From an uncultured Bacteroides sp. (GTDB taxonomy: Bacteria; Bacteroidota; Bacteroidia; Bacteroidales; Muribaculaceae), in contig CAZORI010000004.1 in assembly GCA_964582335.1 (NCBI GenBank), positions 23,953 to 87,952 on the forward strand: 64,000 nt of DNA, read 5' to 3'. The translations under genes and the position numbers were made by a program. This document shows, piece by piece, positions 51,853-61,680 of the stretch (position 1 is its first letter; the number at the start of each line of letters is the position of its first letter). The notes under the pieces are model-generated. The model was not told where the DNA came from. It saw only the letters and a program-made list of their open reading frames with translations, and did no database searches.

Positions 51853-52134
51853 TCAGTAATAACAAATTTCCGACACAAAATGTGAGACTGGCAAGTCTTC
51901 GTAATACAATTCAAGCCCTCGCAGCGATTCCGGCACATAAAGAGTGTCGACCCAGCTCCATTTCGGGCGCCCGAAATCGTAGCTTTTGCCATAAAGCATC
52001 ATTGCGTTTCTCAAACGGTCAAATTCATACATGCCACCGCCTATGCAGCTTTCGCCGGCGTCGAGCAGCTGATAGTGCATGTTCACATCGCCATATTTGA
52101 GGCGATTATCCGAGGTAATCACAAATTTCTGCAT
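51853..52134 (-). CDS. Small hypothetical protein, putative Janus/PHPT1-like fold
   Basis: 93-aa ORF with its own -7 box (52154-52161); motif 'CIGGG-x13-YGKSYDFG'. Confidence 0.7.
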   Translation of the reverse strand: MQKFVITSDNRLKYGDVNMHYQLLDAGESCIGGGMYEFDRLRNAMMLYGKSYDFGRPKWSWVDTLYVPESLRGLELYYEDLPVSHFVSEICYY

Positions 52135-52153
52135 TCTTTTCCAAATGTACCCA

Positions 52154-52161
52154 CAAATTTA
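52154..52161 (-). promoter_or_regulatory. -7 box (TAAATTTG) for the 93-aa gene and MATE
   Basis: Consensus match on the minus strand, 19 nt before the ATG. Confidence 0.65.
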
Positions 52162-52327
52162 CGCATTTTTCTCTGAAACGCGAGACATGCTCTCGAAAAT
52201 GAAATAAATCCGACTTTTATAATTGTTTGAGTTGCTATTATTTTGTACCTATGTATTCTCAATCTTTCGGTTATTTTGCCACACTCCTGGCTATTTAGCA
52301 CTTAAAAAGTGTTAAAATCTTTTGTTT

Positions 52328-52360
52328 TCAACATATGTTGAGAATTTTTATTTTTTTAAC
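52328..52360 (+). promoter_or_regulatory. Perfect 14-bp palindrome (TCAACATATGTTGA) plus -7 box (TACCTTTG) ahead of the GLPGLI island
   Basis: Palindrome at 52328-52341; -7 box at 52353-52360. Confidence 0.55.
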
Positions 52361-52391
52361 TGTACCTTTGTACAACAAAAACATTTACTGG

Positions 52392-53255
52392 GTGATTCGA
52401 CAATCAATCATAATCACAATAATAGCCCTCTTTGCCATATTTGATGTATCGGCAAAGAAGATAAAGGAGTATCCTCGCGCCGAGATAAAGGTTGGCTACA
52501 ACTATCATGAGACTTTCGTGCGTGGCTCTGACGGTATAATAAAGCGTGACATTCCATTTGTCCTATTGGCCAACAAAGAACAGGCTAAGTTCTATAACAC
52601 AAAAACGGAGTATAAGGATTCTCTTGAATCCACGCCACAGGGCAGAGCCGTAAGTCATCAGCTCTTTAACGAAGCGGTTAAACGTTATTCGGAAACGAAG
52701 GACGAAAGTGCAATGAAAAATGTGGTATATCAAACATTTCTATACATATTCCGCTCCGCACTTGACAATCAGATGACCGTCTATGACAAGGCTGGATTTA
52801 TTGAACAAGGTTTCTACACCGAGCCTCTTGGAGAGATTCAATGGGAGATTTCCGATTCGACAAAAACTGTGTTGGGTTATGACTGTGTGATGGCAACGGC
52901 CAATTATCATGGCCGTGATTGGACTGCATGGTTCGCGCCTGATATTCCTTTGCAGGAAGGTCCGTGGAAACTGACCGGGCTTCCGGGGCTAATATTGGAG
53001 GCAAGTGAATCTACAGGGCAACATTCTTTCGTTGCTACCGGATTGGAGGCTTCAAATCAGGAGATTGTTCCTGTTTATCCTTATCGTCAATACAATAAAA
53101 TGACCCGTATTGAAATGCTGAGACAGCTGCGCAAATACCAAGACCATCAAAACGCCATTGACGGAGCGGTCACAGGGGTTCAATTCGGTACAGACCATAT
53201 CCGCACAGCCGAAGAGGCAAAAATAGATTTTCTTGAAACGGATTATCACGAATGA
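52392..53255 (+). CDS. GLPGLI-family protein 1
   Basis: 'GPWKLTGLPGLILEA' and 'YHGRDWTAWFAPDIP'. Likely GTG start at 52392, since the ATG at 52335 precedes the -7 box. Confidence 0.88.
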   Translation: MIRQSIIITIIALFAIFDVSAKKIKEYPRAEIKVGYNYHETFVRGSDGIIKRDIPFVLLANKEQAKFYNTKTEYKDSLESTPQGRAVSHQLFNEAVKRYSETKDESAMKNVVYQTFLYIFRSALDNQMTVYDKAGFIEQGFYTEPLGEIQWEISDSTKTVLGYDCVMATANYHGRDWTAWFAPDIPLQEGPWKLTGLPGLILEASESTGQHSFVATGLEASNQEIVPVYPYRQYNKMTRIEMLRQLRKYQDHQNAIDGAVTGVQFGTDHIRTAEEAKIDFLETDYHE

Positions 53256-55864
53256 ACCGACTGATATTCACATTGGCATTTGCGTGGGCTGCGCTGATTG
53301 GTGTGGCACAAGTGCAAGTGTCCGGTGTGGTCGTTGAGGAAGGCTCGAACGAGCCGTTGACCGGGGCGTCGGTGATACTGCGCAATGCCGAGGGGAAGAT
53401 AAAGAAGTACGCAACGTCGGATGCCAACGGTAAATTCAATATCTCAACTCCTGAAATCAAAGGCTACACCCTCGATGTGTCGATGATGAGTTTTGCAAAA
53501 CAGACTGTCAAACTCGACAGTGTTCAGTTGCCGGTGACTATCGTCATGACGGCTTCTGCCACTATGCTCAAAGAAGTTGCAGTAAAAGCCGACCGCATAC
53601 GCGAGCAGGGTGACACAATAACCTACAATGTCGGAAGTTTCGCTCAGGCACAGGACCGAAGCATCGGTGATGTACTTAAACGTATGCCGGGAATCGATGT
53701 GGCGAATAACGGCAAAATTCAGTATCAAGGCGAAGACATCAACAAATTCTACATAGAGGGTTCCGACCTGTTGGGTGGTAAATACGGCATAGCCACCAAT
53801 GGTATCAATCATGATGATGTGGGTGCAGTCGAGGTTATGGAGAATCATCAGCCCATGCAGGTACTGTCGGGTATCAGTTTCTCCGACAAGGCAGCTATCA
53901 ACCTCAAACTGAAGAACAAGGCGAAAGCCACATGGACTTTCCACGGCGATGTCGGAGGCGGTTACTCGTGGCAACCCGAAGGCGCGATATGGGACGGAGA
54001 ACTCTTCGCAATGGCAGTCATGCCCGGATTCCAGAACATCACCACATTCAAGACCAACAACATCGGTGAGGATTTGTCAGCCAACGCCACCGATTTCTTT
54101 GCCTCCGGCCGCAACACGGAATTGAGTCGATATATAGGTGTGTCGCTTCCGGGCGTGCCGAATCTGAGCCGCAAGCGGACACTTTTCAACCGTTCGGCAT
54201 TGGTATCGACAAACTCCCTTTGGGAAGTGAAAAACGGAGAGTTTAAGGCACAGATTGACTACTCCTTCAACCACGTTACGGCTCAGGCAGCAAACATAAC
54301 CACATATTTCCTCGAAAGCGGCGACCGTGTGATTACCGAGAACCGTGACGGACGTGACCGTTCACATTCCCTTTCCGGCAAGTTCATCTATGAGGCCAAT
54401 CAAAAGACAACATTCATCAACAACACTCTCTCAACAAACATTGACTGGGATGATGTAAGACTTGGCATGACCGGCTCGTTGCCAAACGACCAGTCTGCAA
54501 AACTGCCCGACTACTATGTCGCCAACAAGTTCAAGATGATCAAGCGGTTCAATGGCAAACACCTCGTTACATTCCAGAGCAACAACGAATGGGAGTCGCT
54601 GCCGCAAACGCTCAATGTATCATTTGATGGTAGCAATATCCGCCAGCATATCGGCGACCTCGCTTTCTACACCCATGAGAGTGCAGCCTACGCTTTCTCA
54701 ATCAAGGGCGTTACAGTAAGCCTTGAAGGTGGAGTGAAAGGATATTTGCGTAGCATGAACTCAGAGAACTCAGAGAACTCAGAGAACTCAGAGCTCTCAG
54801 AGGACTCAGAGTTCTCAGAGGACTCAGAGTTCTCAGAAAATCTTATCAGCACAAACTATTTCACAGTCTATGCCACCCCGAAATTTGAATATTGGGTGAA
54901 GCGAGTGAATTTCACGCTTGATGCCCCGGTCAGCTTCGCGCATTACACATTTGACAAGGCACTTGCCAACCGCTCGGAGGTTTACTTCTCCCCCTCGCTC
55001 AGCATGAACTGGAAACCCAACAACCGCTTCTCCATGACTCTGCGAAGCGGCACCGGTCGCTCACCAATGAGCCTCAACATGATTCAGCCCGGCTACATCA
55101 TGACCAACTACCGCACTTTCAAGCAGGGAGTTGATGATTTCTACAACTCTACATCCCAAAGAGTCTCGGCCAATTTCTCCTACAAGCATACACGACGTGG
55201 AGTGTTTGCCAATGCGATGGTAATGCAGTCATGGTCACATCTACCTTACACAATGGCTCAGCAGCTATACGGCGACTATATCGTGTATTCCTACACCGAT
55301 GCCAAAAGTGACGGACAAAATCTGATGGCTATGGGTAGTGTTGGCAAGACACTCGACTTCATGCGTGGCTCTGCCAATATCAATGGCTCGTTCAACCGTG
55401 GCGAGTCGCATCTTTTCTCGGAAAACAATGCTGTCAACTCGGTAAGCCTTGGCTGGAGTGTTGGGGCGAAAATCAACGGTTCTCCGCTACGGTGGCTCAG
55501 TTTCGACTACTCGATTGACTTTTCCAACAGCCAACTACGTATGAACGGTATCAAGAACTCATGGCTCAGCGGTATGGAGAACTCCCTGCTCATCAACATT
55601 ATGCCTCACAGTAAATGGGAATGGCGCATTATGGGCGAGCATTACCGTAATGAACTCACCGAAAGAACATATAAAAATGTGTTCTTGCTCGACACCAAAC
55701 TGAACTATAAACTCAACAAGCGCATCGAACTCTCCGCGATGCTCAACAACATATTCAATCAACGAACATATAATTACACAACCTACAGCCAGCTCTCATC
55801 CTTCGAGTCACAACGATGGCTCCGCGGACGCGAACTCCTGCTCACAATCTCCCTACGAAAATGA
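53252..55864 (+). CDS. Outer-membrane beta-barrel / TonB-dependent-receptor-like protein with N-terminal CarboxypepD_reg-like domain
   Basis: Signal peptide, 'EPLTGASV', plug-like 'IGDVLKRMPGIDV', beta-strand-rich C-terminus; ATGA-coupled to the flanking GLPGLI genes. Confidence 0.8.
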   Translation: MNRLIFTLAFAWAALIGVAQVQVSGVVVEEGSNEPLTGASVILRNAEGKIKKYATSDANGKFNISTPEIKGYTLDVSMMSFAKQTVKLDSVQLPVTIVMTASATMLKEVAVKADRIREQGDTITYNVGSFAQAQDRSIGDVLKRMPGIDVANNGKIQYQGEDINKFYIEGSDLLGGKYGIATNGINHDDVGAVEVMENHQPMQVLSGISFSDKAAINLKLKNKAKATWTFHGDVGGGYSWQPEGAIWDGELFAMAVMPGFQNITTFKTNNIGEDLSANATDFFASGRNTELSRYIGVSLPGVPNLSRKRTLFNRSALVSTNSLWEVKNGEFKAQIDYSFNHVTAQAANITTYFLESGDRVITENRDGRDRSHSLSGKFIYEANQKTTFINNTLSTNIDWDDVRLGMTGSLPNDQSAKLPDYYVANKFKMIKRFNGKHLVTFQSNNEWESLPQTLNVSFDGSNIRQHIGDLAFYTHESAAYAFSIKGVTVSLEGGVKGYLRSMNSENSENSENSELSEDSEFSEDSEFSENLISTNYFTVYATPKFEYWVKRVNFTLDAPVSFAHYTFDKALANRSEVYFSPSLSMNWKPNNRFSMTLRSGTGRSPMSLNMIQPGYIMTNYRTFKQGVDDFYNSTSQRVSANFSYKHTRRGVFANAMVMQSWSHLPYTMAQQLYGDYIVYSYTDAKSDGQNLMAMGSVGKTLDFMRGSANINGSFNRGESHLFSENNAVNSVSLGWSVGAKINGSPLRWLSFDYSIDFSNSQLRMNGIKNSWLSGMENSLLINIMPHSKWEWRIMGEHYRNELTERTYKNVFLLDTKLNYKLNKRIELSAMLNNIFNQRTYNYTTYSQLSSFESQRWLRGRELLLTISLRK
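54758..54838 (+). repeat. In-frame 9-bp tandem repeat (NNCTCAGAG x9) encoding (x-S-E)n
   Basis: AACTCAGAG x4, CTCTCAGAG, GACTCAGAG, TTCTCAGAG, GACTCAGAG, TTCTCAGAA. Confidence 0.95.
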
Positions 55865-56700
55865 AAAAGTTACTCACCCTCACAGTGATGTGCATGGTGG
55901 CGATAGTCGCCGTCGCACAAGAAAATTTAGCGGTAAAATATACCGTATCTAATCGAGATACAGATAGTGGTAAACCCTACTCATACGAAATGGCGTTGGT
56001 CGCTAATCCGCAAAAGTCTTTGTATTACAATACAGAGAGTCTCTTTTGTGACTCCTGTAACTCTACCCCGGAGGGTAAAGCTAAATTGCATGAGATTCAG
56101 ATGAAGGCTTGGACAGTAGTTCATCCGGATGGCTCAGTTACATTAGATGGACGAAAACTCGGATTGGCACCTGAAAAAAAACAGTTTCTTTATGTTGCCA
56201 AGGATAATGCCGATGGGGAATTGACCGTGTATGATTACAAAGGAGGAGGCTTAGCCAGTTATACTGAACCTGTCTCGGATATTGAATGGTCAATTATCGG
56301 AGACTCAACCAAGACAATATTAGGTTATGAATGTGTGATGGCCAAATCTGACTATCATGGGCGCATTTGGACAGTGTGGTTCACTCCTGAGATTCCCGTT
56401 CAGGATGGACCATGGAAACTGCGTGGACTTCCAGGCGTGATACTCAGTGCCAATGGTGGGGATGATTTCCATATTGATGCCATTGAAATTGGAAGTACTT
56501 CACAGATGATTCCGGATATGTATCTTGTCAGTGACTACGAAAAAGGAGAGCGTAAAAAGATTCTTGCCGACCATGAACACTATATCAATAATCTCGAAAG
56601 TATAATGGCGGCTCAAGGTGTCAAGATAAATGGTGACGGTTCTCCTGCCAATCTGCCTAAATATGACCGTCAACGAAGCGCATGGGAAACCGACTATTGA
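55861..56700 (+). CDS. GLPGLI-family protein 2
   Basis: Signal peptide MKKLLTLTVMCMVAIVAVA and 'GPWKLRGLPGVIL'. ATG at 55861 overlaps the upstream stop. Confidence 0.9.
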   Translation: MKKLLTLTVMCMVAIVAVAQENLAVKYTVSNRDTDSGKPYSYEMALVANPQKSLYYNTESLFCDSCNSTPEGKAKLHEIQMKAWTVVHPDGSVTLDGRKLGLAPEKKQFLYVAKDNADGELTVYDYKGGGLASYTEPVSDIEWSIIGDSTKTILGYECVMAKSDYHGRIWTVWFTPEIPVQDGPWKLRGLPGVILSANGGDDFHIDAIEIGSTSQMIPDMYLVSDYEKGERKKILADHEHYINNLESIMAAQGVKINGDGSPANLPKYDRQRSAWETDY

Positions 56701-56768
56701 TAAGATTATAAGGAAGATACTAACAACTTTATATTGATAAGATTATGAAGAAGATACTAACAACTTTA
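56695..56768 (+). repeat. 37-bp imperfect tandem duplication across the stop/start junction of GLPGLI 2 and 3
   Basis: TATTGATAAGATTATAAGGAAGATACTAACAACTTTA followed immediately by TATTGATAAGATTATGAAGAAGATACTAACAACTTTA (2 mismatches). Confidence 0.95.
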
Positions 56769-57605
56769 GTGATGTGCCTCGTGGCGATGACTGCAATGGC
56801 ACAGGAGAAAGCCGACATTTTGGTCAGCTACGCATATACCAAGCCCACCCCTCGTGGCAAGATTGACACTGAAAAAATGTCATTGTTGGCCAATACTACA
56901 AAGGCTAAGTATTTCAATGATTTAAGTCTTTGGGTTGACTCTCTAAAATCCACTCCGGAGGGCAACGCTCAATATCGAGAAATCATCAAGAAGGCTTGTA
57001 TGACAGTTGAGCCTGATGGTTCTGTAAGCTTTGATTTGAGGAAAGGGCCATCAAAGAAGGTCCATACATACGTTTTCACCAATCTTGCTGACGGAGAAGT
57101 GACTTTATTCGATAAGTTTGGGGAGGACAATGGATTCTATACCGAGCCATTCAATGAGATGGATTGGACAATTGCGGAAGATTCTACTACAACTGTTCTT
57201 GGATACGACTGCATACTGGCGGAGAGTGACTATCACGGTCGGCATTGGAAAGCATGGTTTGCTCCGGAAATCCCCATTCCTTTCGGTCCATGGAAGCTCC
57301 GTGGACTCCCCGGCCTTATTCTTAAGGCAACGGCTGATGGTGATTTTTCTTTCACCGCCACCGGACTTGAACGAACCGATAGAATAATCTCGCCTATGTA
57401 CCTCAAGGAGGACTATACAAAGGTTGACAGACTGAAAGCTCTTGACAATGCTGAATATTATGCCAACAATGCCGAAAGCATTACGAACGCCCAAGGGCAA
57501 AGGGTAAAAATCTATCAGCTCGACGATGACGGCAACAGGGTAGAAGTTCCCAAATATGACGGATTAAAACACAACCTTGAGCCGGATTATAAGATTATAA
57601 AATGA
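56745..57605 (+). CDS. GLPGLI-family protein 3
   Basis: Signal peptide MKKILTTLVMCLVAMTAMA and 'GPWKLRGLPGLILKA'. Confidence 0.9.
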   Translation: MKKILTTLVMCLVAMTAMAQEKADILVSYAYTKPTPRGKIDTEKMSLLANTTKAKYFNDLSLWVDSLKSTPEGNAQYREIIKKACMTVEPDGSVSFDLRKGPSKKVHTYVFTNLADGEVTLFDKFGEDNGFYTEPFNEMDWTIAEDSTTTVLGYDCILAESDYHGRHWKAWFAPEIPIPFGPWKLRGLPGLILKATADGDFSFTATGLERTDRIISPMYLKEDYTKVDRLKALDNAEYYANNAESITNAQGQRVKIYQLDDDGNRVEVPKYDGLKHNLEPDYKIIK

Positions 57606-57688
57606 AACAGACATGAACGGCTTTCGCCAAAGGGAATGAAAAGGTAATAATATTTTCGAATGAAAAGAGTGGAAAATTATTAAAATTG

Positions 57689-57724
57689 CCGCCGAGGGAA
57701 GCAGTTCTCTCGGCGGTTCTGATT
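57689..57724 (+). terminator. Probable terminator ending the GLPGLI island
   Basis: CCGCCGAGGGAA-GCAG-TTCTCTCGGCGG stem with a weak T tail. Confidence 0.6.
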
Positions 57725-57764
57725 TCAAAGGACACTTTGTAACAAGATTCTCAAAAAAAATTCT

Positions 57765-57772
57765 TACCTTTG
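57765..57772 (+). promoter_or_regulatory. -7 box (TACCTTTG) for the KDN cluster
   Basis: Consensus match. Confidence 0.65.
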
Positions 57773-57866
57773 TATGCCGACTCACTAAGGCTGCAACTCC
57801 GCAGCATTAACCAACTCGCTGAACTCTCAAAAAATGACACAAAGTCAAGATACAATCATAAATCTA

Positions 57867-58624
57867 ATGGTTATTGGCATAATCATACAGGCGCGCACCG
57901 GGTCGAGCAGGCTGCCCGGCAAGATGGTGATGCCCTTTTATGGCGACAAGTCGATATTGCAAATCCTCATCGAGCGCATCAAGGCCGCTGTGCCAGGCGT
58001 GCCCGTCATTGTGGCCACATCCACACAGCCGGGCGACGACCGCATAGAAGACATATGCCGCCTCTCCGGCGTGGAATGCTATCGCGGCGACGAAAACGAC
58101 GTGCTTAGCCGATTCACCGGAGCCGCCGACAAATACGCACTCTCGCATGTGATACGCATCTGCGCCGACAACACATTTCTTGACATGCGCGCACTGAATA
58201 AGCTCGCGCAGGCATTGCCCAAATCCCAGGCCGACTATCTGTCATACCGCACTCACTCAGGCCTCCCAACCATACTCACGCACCACGGACTGTGGGCAAT
58301 CGAAGGCGCGAAAGCAGAAGCATTGCAATGGGTGGCAAGCAATGTAGCCGACCCCAAATACCACGAGCACGTCACCAACTATCTCTACACCCACCCCGAC
58401 CAATTCACGGCAGAATACATCAACATCGACTCGTCCTTGCAAGACAAAGACAATTTGCGACTTACCATCGACACTCGCGACGATTTCGACATGATGAAAG
58501 AAATATATGCCTACCTCACTGACAATCATCTCGAAATAACGCCCGACAACATCGTGAGATACATCGACACGAAGCCAGAATTCTACGCGGCCATGCAGCG
58601 CATAATCAACCAAAACAAGAAGCA

Positions 58625-58628
<4 letters not shown>
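57867..58628 (+). CDS. SpsF-like cytidylyltransferase (CMP-KDN/CMP-nonulosonate synthetase)
   Basis: 'IIIQARTGSSRLPGK', 'RGDENDVLSRF', 'EHVTNY' and 'LTIDTRDD'. Start may be 57834 or 57867. Confidence 0.85.
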
Positions 58629-60177
<1,549 letters not shown>

Positions 60178-60219
60178 AATTACACTCTAACTTGCCTTAT
60201 AACCATAAAAACTACACGT

Positions 60220-61659
60220 ATGAAAAGATTTACTCTCTTTTGCCTTGCCTTGGCCGCGACGGTATGCTGCCAAGCCAAAGTGACGCTGTCGCCTATGATC
60301 AGCGACCATATGGTGCTTCAGCAAAACACCAATGCTGCAGTATACGGAACCGCCGACCCAAATGAAAAAGTCACCGTAAAAGCCTCTTGGGCTGATGTGC
60401 CGTACACTGCTGTGGCCGACTCCAACGGCAACTGGACTGTGGAAATACCCACCCCGGCCGGCAGCTACGACAAACACAGCCTCATCGTAACCGGCAAAGA
60501 CAATAAGCCCATCACCGTCGACGACGTTCTGATTGGCGAGGTGTGGCTTGCCTCAGGCCAATCTAACATGCAAATGCCGCTCAAGGGCTTTGACGGCTGC
60601 AACACCCTTGGCGGATTCGACGAAATAGCAAAATCGTCGAGCCGAGCCGACAAAATCAGATTCCTCAACGTGCCCATGACGCAGAGCTACGAGCCGCTGT
60701 CAAATTTTCCCACGCCGGCATCTTGGTCAGTGCCATCGCCCGACACGGCACCCGACTATAGCGCAGTGGCATGGAACTACGCTTCACGCCTCAACGACGT
60801 CCTTGATGTCCCAATCGGCATCGTAAGCGCAGCCTACGGAGGCGCGCGCGTCGAAAGCTGGCTACCGCGCGAAATACTTGAGCAATACCCCGACGTGTCG
60901 CTCAAGCCGGCCGATATCGAGCCTATGACCCACTATCTGCGCCCAATGCTCATGTACAATGCAATGTTCAACCCCATCAAGGACTACACCTATCGCGGAA
61001 TCATCTGGTATCAAGGTTGCTCCAACGTAGGCGCCCACCAGACGTATGCCGACCGCCTTGTGACCATGGTGAACCACTGGCGCGATGAGATAGGGCAAGG
61101 CGACATACCATTCTACGCAGTGGAAATCGCCCCCTACGACTACGACAGCAGCGAACAAGACGAGCAGGCTCCGTATCTGCGCGTGGCTCAATGGGATGCA
61201 GTTAACCGCCTCGACAATGCCGGAATGATATGCATCAACGACCTGGTGGAGCCTTTCGAAAAACTCAACATACATCCCGGCAACAAAATTCCTGTGGGCC
61301 ACCGACTCGGCGACCTCGCTCTGAACAAAACTTACGGCAAAAAACAATTCCCGGCCAAAAGCCCGCGATACAAGAGCCATCGCACCGACGGCGATGCCCT
61401 GATAGTAGCCATCGAGACCGGCGAGGGCGGCCTGTGCAGGAATTACGACGTGCGCGGATTCGAAATCGCCGGTGAAGACAGGGAGTTCTATCCCGTCGAC
61501 GATGTAGAGTTCCTGTGGCAAACCAATGAGTACAAGTTAAAGAGCGCCAAGGTGCCTCAGCCTCGCGAAGTGAGATACTGCTTCCACGACTTCCAGATTG
61601 GCTCCGTATACGGCGGCAATTATCTTCCCTTAGTGCCCTTCCGCTCCGACAACTGGTGA
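60220..61659 (+). CDS. Sialate O-acetylesterase (SGNH) family, secreted
   Basis: 'HMVLQQ', 'GEVWLASGQSNM', 'WYQG.SN' and 'IHPGNK'. Confidence 0.9.
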   Translation: MKRFTLFCLALAATVCCQAKVTLSPMISDHMVLQQNTNAAVYGTADPNEKVTVKASWADVPYTAVADSNGNWTVEIPTPAGSYDKHSLIVTGKDNKPITVDDVLIGEVWLASGQSNMQMPLKGFDGCNTLGGFDEIAKSSSRADKIRFLNVPMTQSYEPLSNFPTPASWSVPSPDTAPDYSAVAWNYASRLNDVLDVPIGIVSAAYGGARVESWLPREILEQYPDVSLKPADIEPMTHYLRPMLMYNAMFNPIKDYTYRGIIWYQGCSNVGAHQTYADRLVTMVNHWRDEIGQGDIPFYAVEIAPYDYDSSEQDEQAPYLRVAQWDAVNRLDNAGMICINDLVEPFEKLNIHPGNKIPVGHRLGDLALNKTYGKKQFPAKSPRYKSHRTDGDALIVAIETGEGGLCRNYDVRGFEIAGEDREFYPVDDVEFLWQTNEYKLKSAKVPQPREVRYCFHDFQIGSVYGGNYLPLVPFRSDNW

Positions 61660-61680
61660 TAGAATGCCCGAAGCGCTATT

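Noticed and set aside
54758-54838. CRISPR or mini-array interpretation of the 9-bp repeats
   Set aside because: There are no spacers, the units are too short and in-frame within a CDS, and no cas genes are present.
52353-57774. TACCTTTGTA at both ends of the GLPGLI island as att/target duplication
   Set aside because: Both copies are simply -7 promoter boxes in the expected positions, and no integrase or tRNA is nearby.
57770-58108. 112-aa ORF starting right at the KDN promoter
   Set aside because: It is out of frame and overlaps the cytidylyltransferase, has Arg/Ala-rich shadow composition, and shows no motif.
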